A stretch of DNA of 64,000 nt from Podarcis liolepis (Eukaryota), in assembly GCA_965112155.1 (NCBI GenBank), contig OZ218098.1, one strand, 5' to 3'. The translations under genes and the position numbers were made by a program. The notes below the pieces were generated by a model. It saw only the letters and a program-made list of their open reading frames with translations, ran no database searches and was not told the origin of the DNA. Below are positions 48,245-60,715 of this stretch, piece by piece. The first letter of the stretch is position 1, and the number at the start of each line of letters is the position of its first letter.

Positions 48245-48913
48245 CTCTAGGATCTGGCCTAGGGTTGTCCTTTTGCAATGTACATCCTTTCGCCTCAAAT
48301 GGAGCATGCTTACTTTCCTGTAATCTACAGGAACTTCTCTTCCTGCTTCTGCCTATGTATGTTTGCTGGCTTTTCAGAGGTATTGACCAAGTAATGAGGG
48401 ATTTGATTTCCTGAATTATTGTTTTGTTTTGTTTAGTTCTGCCAAGCAAGAAGCAGTCCTTGATCCCAGAAGTGTTAGGAACTGAAGTTACTTCTTAAAC
48501 TCCCCTGTGACTGGCTACTCTTGGGTCTCAAAACTTGTGTGAAAGAGGAGTGGAGCAGGTGGTGGATCTGAGTTCTTAAATCCTAGAGCATTCTATTTTC
48601 TGTATATCAGGACCAATATTAAGGACCCTGAAATGGACATGGGAACATTCAGTTTTGTAACTGAAAATGGGTTCACTGACTTTTCAGTATTAGCAATATC
48701 CTGTTGTTTAAATGTCTGGTAGTATGAAAAAGCTACTGTTTACCTTTTCATGCATACCTTGTATGGGAAACCTGACATATAAAAAAGCAATAGTTCATCC
48801 AGATTGTAGCAGAGTCTAGAAAGGGAGGAGGGGGAAAAATCAACTTCTAGATTTATCTAGTTAACAACTAGGTAATAATGTTTTTGAGCTCGTTGTAGTT
48901 TTGAGTGTATGCA

Positions 48914-48917
<4 letters not shown>

Positions 48918-48945
<28 letters not shown>
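48918..48945. repeat. (TG)n microsatellite
   Basis: Direct read. Confidence 0.9.
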
Positions 48946-48948
<3 letters not shown>

Positions 48949-49049
48949 GAACTTTTCTGTCCAGCCCTTTCAGCTCGGTCCTTAAGATTATTCTGGTTAA
49001 AGGACTTCGGTTATTATGGTATAATGTAACTTTGTTTCTGTTCCTCCAG

Positions 49050-49079
49050 GGCAGGGTGCACTTCATGGGGTCCAGCCAG
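49050..49079 (+). CDS. ARHGAP1: Candidate ARHGAP1 30-nt alternative microexon (GQGALHGVQP)
   Basis: tttgtttctgttcctccag|GGCAGGGTGCACTTCATGGGGTCCAGCCAG|gtaggt; phase 1-1, no stop codon. Confidence 0.55.
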
Positions 49080-49897
49080 GTAGGTGGAATACCTGGTGTC
49101 ATTGGCATTTAAAGAATGTGGCATTCTTTAGCATGACTGTGGCCTGTGGCTGGGTTATCTCAGGGGAGCCCAAATTCTGCAAAGCTGAGGGTGGCATCCC
49201 AGAACCTCAAAGTTGCACTTGATGTGCATTATGTCAAGTAGATTGCAGCCATGCTTCTCTAAGCTGGTGGTATAGACATCTTGGTAGCTTTCCAAACTGG
49301 ATATGTGGCTTGGAATTTCCCTGGCAGAGCTCTTTGTGGACTTCAGCTTGCGGTCTTCACTTTGGGTGCCGCAGTTCTCATTTGATGCTTCAGCCTGCCT
49401 TCTTTTTTTTCTTGGATGGTGATGGGTGTACTATCCATCAGGACATGTCTCCCAGGCAGTCATTACTGCTAACTTTCCCAATCAGAAATCTTTTGCGGGT
49501 GATTTCTTCTGCAGCTAAGAGTTTGCAGGATATTGCATGACAGTGATGTGTGATTTATCTTATTTGGAATCTATGCAGGATGGAGCTGTTGTTGCTTTAT
49601 TCCCACTATGGCATCATTCAGACACAAATATTTGGCCGAACTTGGCCTTCTTTATCCCCTGTGACTCAGCGGTAGGCTGAACCCATTGTTTGCTGAGCAG
49701 CCTATGCAAGTACATTTGCCTGCCATTCTCTGTTTATTCCGTAGTAGGTCTTCCATTCTTCATCATCTCTTCTTGCAAGTGGTCACTGGCTTGCTGTATC
49801 TGCAGATCATGTCTCTGATTCTATGCTAATCATTTCTCCACCAATTTTGATGCAAGTAAATGGTTACTTTGAAACACTGACTAGTGTCAGTTCTCCA

Positions 49898-50013
49898 CTG
49901 TGCTATTTTTCTAGAAGAAGAGGTGCCAGAACTCATCATGAACACCTCCCTCGTTCTCTTATAATGGCAACCTGAGAGGTGCTAGAACTGAGTTGTGGCT
50001 GAAAAATGCCCCA
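49898..50013. mobile_element. hAT-type MITE
   Basis: Perfect 8-bp TSD GTTCTCCA (49890-49897 and 50014-50021); homologous to 19796-19930. Confidence 0.8.
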
Positions 50014-53000
50014 GTTCTCCATCTCTAAATGTAGCCATTGACTTTTGGCTTCCTCAGGCATCTCTACATATATCTAGAAGCTCCATGAAGGTCACTTTGA
50101 TCACAGAAGTGGTGTAGGGGAAGCACCTTGAACTGCCACAAACCCTGAAAATTGTCAGCCTTGTTTATGATGACAAGACTGTTTCCGCTTTTGTATTTTT
50201 TATAATGCTTTTGTACCTTCAGAAATATAAATACCCTAGACAAAGAGGTGCTAGCTCTTAACTATACCACGATTGCTTTAATTTCTTTGCCTGCGTTATG
50301 TCTCAAGCCATTTCCCTGATCACTTTAAGGGCTGTGTCATCAACTTGATAGTGCAGGAAAAGGAGCAGCTTCCTGTTTAATCAAGAGCTGTGACAACTCA
50401 CTGTGTTATTTGCAACATGCAGTTCTCCACATTCTGCATTCTGAGAACTTCTCTGAGGCTTTTTAAACAATCTGTTGTTTCCTTACTCACTTAGGTTAAT
50501 TTAGATGTATTTCCCCCCGCTACATGGAAAGAATCCCTGCTATGGGAAGTGCGGTTGTTATCCAGAGTATTCTCAGAGGAATAAAAGAACTGCTGCATGT
50601 CCAACAATGTGACGTGGACATGTTTTCCTAGATGGGGAGAATGTCAGTGTGTATGTGTGTGTCTGTGTGAATTATAAAATGGTGCTGTGTTATAACCTAG
50701 GGTATTTTACACTTTTTATTACAATAGCAGAACATTTCTAATTAAATGGGCTGCCATGTGCAGATGAGTACTGTAATTCCACACCTGAGGCATTAATCAG
50801 GTCATTAAAAAATATCTTTTCTCATTTGATTTGCATAGAAACTTGACACATGGGTTATTGTTTCATAGAGTTCCTGAAGTTTATCACACTTTGGACTTGT
50901 TGCTCAAATTTCAAATGGCCTGGGCATTTTTCTAGATAATGGAATGAAACATGGAAGTGCTTTAGTTTATTTGAAGATAGTCTTGTAGAAGTTGTTGTTA
51001 TTGTTAGCTTTGCAGCTGTACCTGGTAACAACAGGGCCACACACCACAACTGTGCAATGGAATTTCTAATGCATACAATATTTTTATGGTTCAACCCCAG
51101 CAGGGGCTTTATTTCAGATTTAAGCAGGAGCTTTTATGATAATTACAGCAAACCCGTTTGGGACAAAGGCAGTTGAATAATTGCTTACTGTTGGGTGCAT
51201 GCTGAATGCTCCCTGCATGGACTGATGGGACTCTATCTGGTTGTGTCATACAAGAATAGTGTTAGGGTGCATATTTGCATTTAATGGAATGTTATGCTAC
51301 CTTGACTAGAGCTTGGTCTAGAAGTAGACGCCTATAGAAATAAGCCTTGCTTAGTCTATGAAAAACAAATAGAACAATCAGGAGATGAGCTAGAAAGAAT
51401 CAGTGACTATTAAGAGGCTTCATCACTTGATTTGAGATTTCATATGGGATGCTTACTTCAGGTAACCAGAAGCTTGTGGGGCAAGTGTAACCATAAACTG
51501 GTTTTTAATTGTCCGGGTCCTGAGGAGCTAGGTTTGACCTGAAGTTGTAGTCTTTCCCAACTTTAAGACCTTGAAGTGGAACCATAGTTATATGTGTTCC
51601 TTTCTCTTGACACTTACAGCTGGCAATTTGAAGATCCATCCTAAATACCCCATCTGCCTGATGTTGTTTTCTGACCCACCAGTTGGAAAATGCTGCTCTA
51701 AAGCAGTAGATGTCAATATAGTTTGATCTTGCATTGTGTTCTATTTATACACTGCCAAGTTTTAAAAATCAATTTCTCAAAAACATCTGCACAGGACTAA
51801 TTATCATAAAATGTTGCATTGGTGAAAATGACTACTATAATTCCACACCTGAGTTATTAATCTATTCAGGTTCTTTTCCCATTTCCCATTACAGAAATTC
51901 ACATTGTCTGAAACTACCTCTTTGTCAAAGGAAGATTCTCCATTTCTTAATAGAACAGCTGTGGTTTGCAGAGTCAACAGATACTACCATTCAGGTCTTG
52001 CCACTCAGACTTCTTTGGGCAGGAGCATTTCTTCTTCCAACTTAATAGGGTTTCTTTTCATGATATATTGCACCATCATGCGTACCGGGAATTATTTTTG
52101 TTCTCATCAAAAAGGGGTGCAAGGCTGCAAAATATCTCATAGGAGCACCATTTTACTACATTGGTCACAAGATTGTGGCACCATTCAATGTACTGCTAGG
52201 AGCATCTGCAATCTACTCCAGTGCATACACTGGATGTGCGTACACACAGTTTGTGGCCATTGAATATATGGGAAGCTGTTTGGAAGTCCCTTGGTTAGGT
52301 ACTCTATTTTTGGGCAACCGTGGGATAAACTGTTGGACATTGGTCTTGTGATCTGGCTGTAGTTTTGTACGGTCGTTCCAGATGACCTCAGCATTGCTCT
52401 TCTTTTTTTTTCTGTCTCTGGTGGGTGCCATGTTGTCCTGCAATGTCTTCTACCTTCGCATGCTTCACATGTGTTCATGTGATGGTATATCATCCTTGCA
52501 TCCCCATGGCATTTACCTGGTGCTCCCCCTCTACCTTAAGCATGTCCTTGACTTCCCATGCTGCAGCTGTTTGCATATATTTTTTTGGGGGGGGGTGGAG
52601 TAAGTTTTATAGCTACATAATCTCTGTTTATGTGTTGAAGGAAGTCAAATGAGAAGAGGAAAATAGGCAGGATGAAGGGAAATCTCTTATTATGGTTAGG
52701 GTTTTAGGTGGGTAGAGTAGCATACTAGATACATAGCTTAATTGACTCTTTCTGTTCCTGTGATATGCAGGCTGTCATTCCTTTTGTGTATATACAACAT
52801 ACTAGAGACTGCCACTCCTACTTTCTCTGTTCTGTGAAGCAAAACACTGAAAGATGTATCCATGACTTTTAGTTACTTCCCTCTCATGAAGGCATTTGAT
52901 TTGTTTGGATCATGGGTTGTAGTTGGTATATTTAAAGCTTTTCTACCTTGCTTTTTAGTATAAAAAAAAGGTACTAGAGCAGCTTACCCTAGAGATCAAT

Positions 53001-54933
53001 AAAAACAAGACTGTCCCGACTGTCCCTGCTGACTTTCTTAAAAACACAGAGAAAGGGAGAGAGAAAGTGATAAGGAAGGAAGAGGAAAACATGTAAAGTC
53101 TGGCACCAGTTTGTAAAATTACAAAGCTATTATGAAGACCAACTTGGGATAGCAAGGGTCCAGGGAGAAGAAGAGCCAAAAGGAGCTAGTTCCTTAGAGT
53201 TTATGGAATGGTCCTGCTTATCTCCCTCATTTGTAACTTAATGGAATGGTTGCTGCTAAGTGACAATTGAGGGTAGAGGGAAGACCAAAGGGTTGCCTTC
53301 TAAATTAGATAAATCTTTATCACCCATGAATGAGTTTTATTTACCATCCAGTATGTGTACTGAACAGACTTCATGCTTTTTGTTCTTTTGAGTATGTAGA
53401 ACTCACAGAATCCTGAGGCCATCTTCCTTATTTTATTTTACTTTTTAAAAAACAAAACTCTATTCCCTTCTGAGCCTGGATTAAGTATAAAGTGGGCTGG
53501 TAGTGGTAATAAATGTGAGGTAAAGGTAATAAATGATGGTGGCCGACTCTGCAGCATGGAAGGTGTACATTTTTAACATCTTCAGTGTTATGATAGTGAA
53601 AGCCCCAAAGAGCTTTGTGGCACAATCTAGTCCCTCCTCATATGCAGAAATGTGTACCTTTGCACACATAGGAGATGGTCATTGGTATACAATTTCTTCC
53701 TCATGGGTACAGGTTTGTGTGCGTGAAGAGATTGATCCTGAGAGAGGGTGATTCAGACCAAAATTTATTGTAGCATGAATGTTCTTAGAATAGAGCTAAC
53801 ATTGTCAAATGCAACCAGCTGCTGATGAGGTAACTTCTAGTGAGAAGTCCATGATCAACCAGAGCATTTAATGGCCATTCATTAATATGACCCGCTTCCT
53901 TCTACAATTTTGTCTTACTTATCAAATGCTTTTAGCTCCGCTCATTGTAAGTAGACAGAGAGGCAAGACCTGTGTTTATTCGTTGTTCTACTGATAAGTC
54001 ATTATTACTGCTCTCAGCCATAGATTATTGCAAAGGCTTTTACTGTTGTCATAAATTTCACATTAGTGGTAATTTCACTGTCACGAAATAACCAGAAAAA
54101 ACCCATGGTAAGGCATTTATTGGACTTTCATGTGACAAGAGCTATATATCACCCCCAGGCCTAGTTTGTAACACTGCTGAAGCAGACTTACTAGGTCATC
54201 TGCCTCATTTGGGACTGGGGAAGAAGTTAAAGATTATTTTACAGAGTATTTGTTCCAGGCTGATAGCACAAAATCTTGTGCTTCTGCAGTTTGCTGGTGG
54301 CTTCTTCTCACAGCTGATTCGCTTTCTGATCCATAGTGTTTTAGGCCAATTCGTCATTGTGCAGTCCTTGATTTGTTTGTGTTCTAGTTCTTTCCTTATC
54401 TACTAGGACAGCAGGTGGTATGGAACTGTGGATACACTGGGGGGAAATGATGGACAAGGCCAATACTTTGTAACGGATCAGTGACCTTTTATCTGAATGT
54501 TTGTGGGGGAAGTGTTCTCTTTCCTCCCCTCTCCACCTTGGAATCACAAACCTCAGCAATGCTTACTAGAATAACCCTGTGGATACTCTGCTCCTCTGGG
54601 GGTATTTTAGGCTGTTTCCTGCTTGAGAATCATTTCAAATTGTCTGCTCGTGATCCAAGAGTATGTGCCCCTCATAATTTCTTTTCATCATGCCTTGCTC
54701 TATTCCACTTCTCACCCTTGGGTCCTCTCAAAATGCAGCCTTCTCTCCATACTGGTGAAGTTTCATGTTGCATTGTTAACTTTTTTGACAAAGCAGAGCC
54801 TTTGAACTTTCCACTAGTATCACCTTGGAATAGTTGAGTACTCCACAAGCAGTGCTCCATTATTTGCCTATTGTGGTGTCTTCATGCTTTGTCTTTCAAC
54901 CTGCTGTGATGTGTGGCATTTTTTTGTCCTCAG

Positions 54934-55021
54934 GTGATGACAAGTATGGGCGGAAAGTAATTCTGTTCAGTGCCTGCCGGATGCCTCCCAGTTATCAGCT
55001 TGATCATGTGAAACTGCTGAG
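54934..55021 (+). CDS. ARHGAP1: ARHGAP1 coding exon 3 (BCH/Sec14-like domain start)
   Basis: ctcag|GT...AG|gtgagt; DDKYGRKVILFSACRMPPSYQLDHVKLL. Confidence 0.96.
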
Positions 55022-55341
55022 GTGAGTGCTGCTGGAGCGAACCACCTGCTTTGGTGAAGATTAGACCTGAGACTTTCCCCTGATCATTCAAACCTGTAAT
55101 GATTTTGACTACATGAATTTGGGTACCAATTAACCCCCAACTAAGATATAAGTCAAAATTCCTTAAGCACTTGGTTAGGAGTGCCCTTCATCAATCTGAC
55201 CCCACCCTCTGGCTGTATATTCACTACCTCTGTGCCTGTGTTACCTATATTACTTTCCTTATGCTGTGGCTGCAGGAGGCAAAGAAGCAAATACATATTT
55301 TTTAAAAACTCTGGAGCTTAGGTATGTCCATCTCTCCTTAG

Positions 55342-55473
55342 CTATTTGAAGTATACATTGGACCAGTATGTTGAGAGTGATTACACCTTAGTCTATTTGC
55401 ACCATGGCCTGACCAGTGAGAACAAGCCATCCCTGAGCTGGCTGCGGGATGCCTACCGGGAATTTGACCGCAA
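55342..55473 (+). CDS. ARHGAP1: ARHGAP1 coding exon 4
   Basis: cttag|C...AA|gtaagt; [43 protein letters not shown]. Confidence 0.96.
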
Positions 55474-55576
55474 GTAAGTGTGTGTGGCTGTGGATTTTGC
55501 AAGGGTCAAATTGCTGTGCGGGAACTTTTTGGGGTGAAAGGGTTGGCTTGGCTTCTCATCTTTCTCTCATTATTAG

Positions 55577-55663
55577 ATACAAGAAGAACATCAAAGCATT
55601 GTACATTGTGCACCCAACGATGTTCATCAAGACACTGCTGATTCTCTTCAAGCCCTTGATCAG
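55577..55663 (+). CDS. ARHGAP1: ARHGAP1 coding exon 5
   Basis: attag|A...AG|gtagga; YKKNIKALYIVHPTMFIKTLLILFKPLI. Confidence 0.96.
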
Positions 55664-56826
55664 GTAGGAAAGTGCAAAGGTACTTTGCTCTGTGGTGGAA
55701 CTCGCTTTGGTATGAGGAGGAGTGGCTTCCTTAGGAGCCAAGTGGGGTTTTATCATCAGAATCCTGAGACTTTTTTGTTAAGTAGGTTGCTGGTAACTTG
55801 TGTATTTGTAAACACTTACTGTGATGACAGCATCTGATAACACCTTTCATTTAATTTTACATTTTTATCCATGTCCTTCCTCCATGAAGCTTGAGGGCAG
55901 CATGCATTGTTACCCACAGTTTTATCCTCGTAACAACTCTATGAGATAGATTAGATTGAGAGAGAGAGAGAGAAAGTGACTCACAGTTGCAGGTTCAGAT
56001 CCCCACTTTGCATCTCCGTGGCTTGTCAGTACACAAAATATTGCCTCTAATTTCTATAAGCTATAATTTCTATAATGTGGGGCTCCTAGAGTGTTTGTTC
56101 ATGGCAAGAATATGCATAGATGGCTCATCTTGTATATTCCATATCATTTTTAGACAGCTGTTGCTCACTCATGTCAGCTATATCCTGTCATAGTTGCAAG
56201 ATCCCCTCCATTTTCTGTCCAAAGCTTTCAGTGTGTGCCTTGAATTGCATTATATAGTCCTATGAGGTCAGAGGAAAGTGGGTATCATGTTCCTGCATAC
56301 TCTTGATCTCTATCTGAGAGTGTGGAAATTGTCCTGCAGAATAGTACTTCACTGGAGCTTGTTGCTTCCTCTTTTCTGTCTAACTGAAGAATTAGGTTTG
56401 ATAAACTTTGTTTCTGACTTCTGCTGAGTGACTGACCCTGGCATGCAGGCCCCTGCTTGCATTGTTGTCCTTTAGTTGGCTAATAGCCCAGACTTGCTTC
56501 AGATATTTCCTGGCCTCTACCAGAGAATGAGGAGGAAATAACAAAGGACATAACTTGTATTGTCAGCAAAATCCCCAGGTTGAGGCACCAGAGAAGTACC
56601 TTTTAGCACATTGTCAGGCCTAGCTGGGGTATTTCAGTAATGGACAAATCCCTGCCTATGTGTTGGGGAACTGCAGAGTGGTGCAACTGGTACACAAGCA
56701 TTGCGTCACAGTTCTCGGTACCATTTTTACCTCTTCATCTCATCTCTACAAGCCACCCACAGATGTACTAGTGCTGCTACTCTGTACCCTAATTTCTTTC
56801 TTACTGGTTTGTCACCTGTCTTGCAG

Positions 56827-56925
56827 CTTTAAGTTTGGACGGAAGATTTTCTATGCAAACTACCTGAGTGACCTGGAGGAGCATGTGAAACTGGAGCAGC
56901 TGGGTATCCCAAGCCAGGTGCTAAA
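56827..56925 (+). CDS. ARHGAP1: ARHGAP1 coding exon 6
   Basis: tgcag|C...AA|gtgaga; FKFGRKIFYANYLSDLEEHVKLEQLGIPSQVL. Confidence 0.96.
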
Positions 56926-57562
56926 GTGAGAGCATGTTTAATTATTTGCTGATGTTTAATTTTACTGTTTACTATTAGATTCTGATGGATTGTATAATGT
57001 TGCTTTGTTTGACATAAGTTGTTTGTTTTAAAGTTATTGTGACTTTTTATATTGTATTAGATTGTTATTGTTTGATGTTTCATTATGCTTTTATACCTGT
57101 TGTTGTTGTTGTTGTTATTATCAACATCATCATCATTATCCACTTTGCCTACTAGCTTACCTTTTGTTTCTGTAGAGGAGGCTGTAACAGGGAGGAGAAC
57201 AGGGTGAGCAGAGAGGGAGTGGGGTGGCGAAGGGACACTGGGAGTCTGACTTGTTGGCACATACAGTATGATGTTGTGAGCTGCTGAGATGGCTCTCTCC
57301 TCTGCATGGCTTGCTCTTTATTGTCATGTGACCCTCAGAAGGTTTTTCAAGAGGGAGTGTGGCTTCGGGCTAAAAAAGGATCCTCGCAACTGATGTAGCA
57401 GAAGTAGCTTGTAAGTACTTCTTACAAGAAGTAGCTTGTAACTAGCGTAGTGCCAGGGCTTGTGTTTACAGGATAATGGGACACTGGACACCAGCTTAGC
57501 ACTTTTTGGTGTAGTTTAGAATGATTCCATACATACATGTTTGTGTCTGTCTCTCACTGTAG

Positions 57563-57670
57563 GTATGATGAATATCTGAGATCCCTGCAGAAGCCCTCCC
57601 AAGTGCCTCAGAAAGTAACCCCACCACGCCCACCTCTGCCAAACCAACAGTTTGGAGTTTCTCTCCAGCA
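57563..57670 (+). CDS. ARHGAP1: ARHGAP1 coding exon 7 (proline-rich SH3-binding segment)
   Basis: tgtag|G...CA|gtgagt; YDEYLRSLQKPSQVPQKVTPPRPPLPNQQFGVSLQ. Confidence 0.96.
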
Positions 57671-57908
57671 GTGAGTATCCTCATCTTTTTTCTTTTCTTG
57701 GTGGACCAGTGATACCTATAGTCTATCTGTGGGTAGTTCTGGAAATGCTTTCCAATCATCTTGAATCGGCACCTGTGGTTAGCTTGACTTTTGCCAGCCT
57801 TGAGCTTTCTAGATCAGGGCCAGTGATACACTGGATATTATGTCTGATTCAAAGATGTTTCTTTGGGGGAAGTGACAGGAAGAGTCTAAGCTTCTCCTTT
57901 CTCAACAG

Positions 57909-57985
57909 CTTACGGGAGAAGAGCTTGGATCAGAATCCCATTCCACTTGTGGTAAGGGAGACCATTGCCTATCTGCAGCAGCATG
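57909..57985 (+). CDS. ARHGAP1: ARHGAP1 coding exon 8
   Basis: aacag|C...G|gtgagt; LREKSLDQNPIPLVVRETIAYLQQH. Confidence 0.95.
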
Positions 57986-58372
57986 GTGAGTGAGCTAGGA
58001 AGAACCCTCTTCTGACTTGTCTTGTTGCTACATCCACTGTCCTTTGTCTCCCAACAGCACCCTTCTGTTGCATCAGCCTAGCCTTTTTAAGATGCCTTAG
58101 CACAGACTCATTCTTTTTCTACTGCCCATCTTACTATCTTTCTTGTCATTTGATTCTGGTCTTCAGAAAGACACAACAAAATTGAACACTAGGGAGCTGA
58201 GGGATTCTACTTACCCAATTCCCCAAGTGCCTTCTGCATAGCTGTTCCCATGCAAGTGTCCCTGTGCATGTGGCTTTCAGGATGTCCTTGTCCTGTGATA
58301 CTGGAAAGACTTGCTGTTATGTGTGGTAGGTCTTCCCTGAGACTGTGCTCTTCTGTTTCTCTTTGTCCCCAG

Positions 58373-58450
58373 CTCTTAACACAGAGGGGATTTTCCGACG
58401 ATCAGCAAACACCCAGACAGTCAGAGAAGTTCAGCAGAAATATAATATGG
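58373..58450 (+). CDS. ARHGAP1: ARHGAP1 coding exon 9 (arginine finger, EGIFRRS)
   Basis: cccag|CT...G|gtaagt; [25 protein letters not shown]. Confidence 0.96.
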
Positions 58451-59023
58451 GTAAGTGCCTGCATTAGGTTCCAGAAGTCTGCTTAAGCTACTCCACTGCC
58501 CCTTACCACCATTCTTTTTGTCTAGGCCCCAAATCTGCCCTTAGCACTTTGGACTTGTGCCCTCCCACAACGTGCTTTAACTTCTGAATAGATCTCTGTT
58601 TGAAACTTGGCTGGAATCCAAGGAGTTTATTCCTTTTGACATAAACCTATTCCAGTCTAAATCTATACCCCCTGGATAAAGGAGGTGCTTAACCTTCCAC
58701 AGCAATTATGTTTGATCAATGTATAATGTGTTTCCTCTGTTTCATCCTCTGGGGTGTGTGTGTCTCCATTTCCCTAATATTTGCTGGAATCCTGTTGCTG
58801 GTATTTTTGAAGCAATTCTTCCAGTGCTCCTAATGATTGCTGCTTTGGAGGAGGATTGAGTACCACTGATCCTTTTGGTTTTTTTGACAGTGTGTTTACC
58901 TGCTCCTGCCATGCTTCTGCCTCTAGTTCCCGGTCTTTGGATAAGTTCCTTATTCTGCCAGGTGGAGGGGGTTCAGCCCTGGTGCTCTAGTTATGGCTTT
59001 GAACCTATCCACTTTCTTACCAG

Positions 59024-59152
59024 GGCTGCCTGTGGACTTTGTGCAATATGAGGACGTGCACCTGCCAGCTGTGATTCTCAAGACCTTCTTGCGGGAGCTG
59101 CCTGAGCCTCTCCTCACCTATGGTCTCTACAATGACGTCGTCAATTTCTACA
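59024..59152 (+). CDS. ARHGAP1: ARHGAP1 coding exon 10
   Basis: accag|GG...A|gtgagt; [42 protein letters not shown]. Confidence 0.96.
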
Positions 59153-59295
59153 GTGAGTTGCTACCAAGAGTGTCCTGATCCCAAAGCAGAAAACTCCTCT
59201 AAATATGCTCTACCCAGAGTTGTGCTGTACTCTCACAGCAGATTGGCTGTATTACGCTTTCCCAGGGCAGCATAGTAAAAGTCCTAATTCTAGTA

Positions 59296-59502
59296 CAGTC
59301 ATACCTTGGAAGTTGAACGGAATCCATTCCAGAAGTCTGTTCAACTTCCAAGCTCCTGCAGCCAATTGGAAGCTGCGGAAGCCCCATCGGACGTTCGGGT
59401 TCCAAAGAACATTCACAAACCGGAACACTTGCTTCCGGGTTTGCGGCGTTCAGGAGTCAAAACGTTTGACTTGCAAGGCGTTTGGGATCCTAGGTATGAC
59501 TT
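59296..59502. mobile_element. Tigger/pogo-type MITE
   Basis: TA|CAGTCATACCTTGG ... CCTAGGTATGACT termini. Confidence 0.75.
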
Positions 59503-59593
59503 TTTGAGGGCTTTTCATCTGCAATCCACCTTTCCACATGAAAGCTAGGACTTTGCTTGCTGGTATAAATGCCCCACTTGCTTTCCTTTCCAG

Positions 59594-59697
59594 GTGTAGA
59601 GGAAGAAAAGCGTGTAGATATTGTTCGCAAAACCCTCCAGAGTCTCCCGGAAGAAAATTACCAAGTTCTGTGTTCACTGATGTCCTTCCTTGTGCAG
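59594..59697 (+). CDS. ARHGAP1: ARHGAP1 coding exon 11
   Basis: tccag|GT...CAG|gtgagc; VEEEKRVDIVRKTLQSLPEENYQVLCSLMSFLVQ. Confidence 0.95.
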
Positions 59698-60297
59698 GTG
59701 AGCTGTCCCAAAGCATTTCTTTGCACAGCATGTATGCAGTATCTGAAATTTGCTGCCACAATATACGATGATAGGAATAGGCTTAAATGGCTTGCAGGGT
59801 GAATTAGGTTTTTCTCTCTTGTGAATTTGCGAACTATAGTAACTAAATGGCGCGTGTGTGTTCAGAAGCAGAGTACATCTGGATACTTGATGCTGGGGAC
59901 AGCCAATGGGGTGGGGTTGTTGCTGTTACACCCCGCAAAAGGCTATGATTTACAACATCTGTTTTGCCATTTAAGTAATCTGTTAATGCTTCTCTCTGAA
60001 AGCTTGAAGCCTAAATGATTAAAGGAGGAGTTGATGCAAAAGTAGGTTTTATTTCCATTAATCAATAGAAGAAAAGAGTTTCAGGCTAAAATTTCCAGCC
60101 AGTGAAGGAGCAAGAATTATTGCAGCCACATTTTAGTGTCTCGTCTGCAAGTTATCTCTTCATGCATGCTTTCCATTGGCTGTTCCTTTGTTTATAAGCT
60201 AGAGGCTTCTAGAGGCAGATGGTGAGGAACTAGGGAAGACAGAGTCAAAATATATTTGTCTCTAAAGTGAAGTATTTTCTTCCTCCCTCCTATGTAG

Positions 60298-60477
60298 GTC
60301 TCTGCTAACAGCGACATCAACAAGATGACCAACACTAACCTGGCCGTCGTTTTTGGCCCAAACCTGCTGTGGGCCAAAGATGCAGCCATTACCCTCAAAG
60401 CCATTAATCCTATCAATACGTTCAGCAAATTCCTACTGGACAACCAGAGGGAGCTTTTCCAGAGCTTGGAGGCTTGA
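60298..60477 (+). CDS. ARHGAP1: ARHGAP1 last coding exon
   Basis: tgtag|GTC...TGA; VSANSDINKMTNTNLAVVFGPNLLWAKDAAITLKAINPINTFSKFLLDNQRELFQSLEA*. Total CDS 1308 nt, 435 aa. Confidence 0.97.
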   Translation, partial: VSANSDINKMTNTNLAVVFGPNLLWAKDAAITLKAINPINTFSKFLLDNQRELFQSLEA

Positions 60478-60645
60478 TTGCGAGCCTCTTTGTGCTGACA
60501 CACCATGTGTCCACTGTGACCACTTCCTTCCTTCTTCCCTCCCCCTCCCCTTTTCCTTTCTACTTTATCTTGGAACCGTGGCCAAGCTTAGGAAAGCATA
60601 AGGTGATGAGTGGAGTGAAAGAGGAGTAGGAGATGGTATTGAGAG

Positions 60646-60674
60646 TGTGTGTGTGTGTGCACATGTGCATGAAA

Positions 60675-60713
<39 letters not shown>
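60646..60713. repeat. Compound (GT)n/(GA)n microsatellite in the ARHGAP1 3' UTR
   Basis: Direct read. Confidence 0.9.

Positions 60714-60715
<2 letters not shown>

Noticed and set aside
51904-52652. Cluster of 70-120 aa ORFs in ARHGAP1 intron 3
   Set aside because: No recognisable domain and no consistent splice or start context.
52959-53096. Acceptor followed by a 45-aa charged frame (YKKKVLEQLTLEINKNK...) as an alternative ARHGAP1 last exon
   Set aside because: Open only in phase 0; the upstream exon ends in phase 1, which gives an immediate stop.
57400-57442. Short direct repeat around a small hairpin (AGAAGTAGCTTGTAA twice)
   Set aside because: Consistent with a trivial local template-switch or slippage event; no functional signal.
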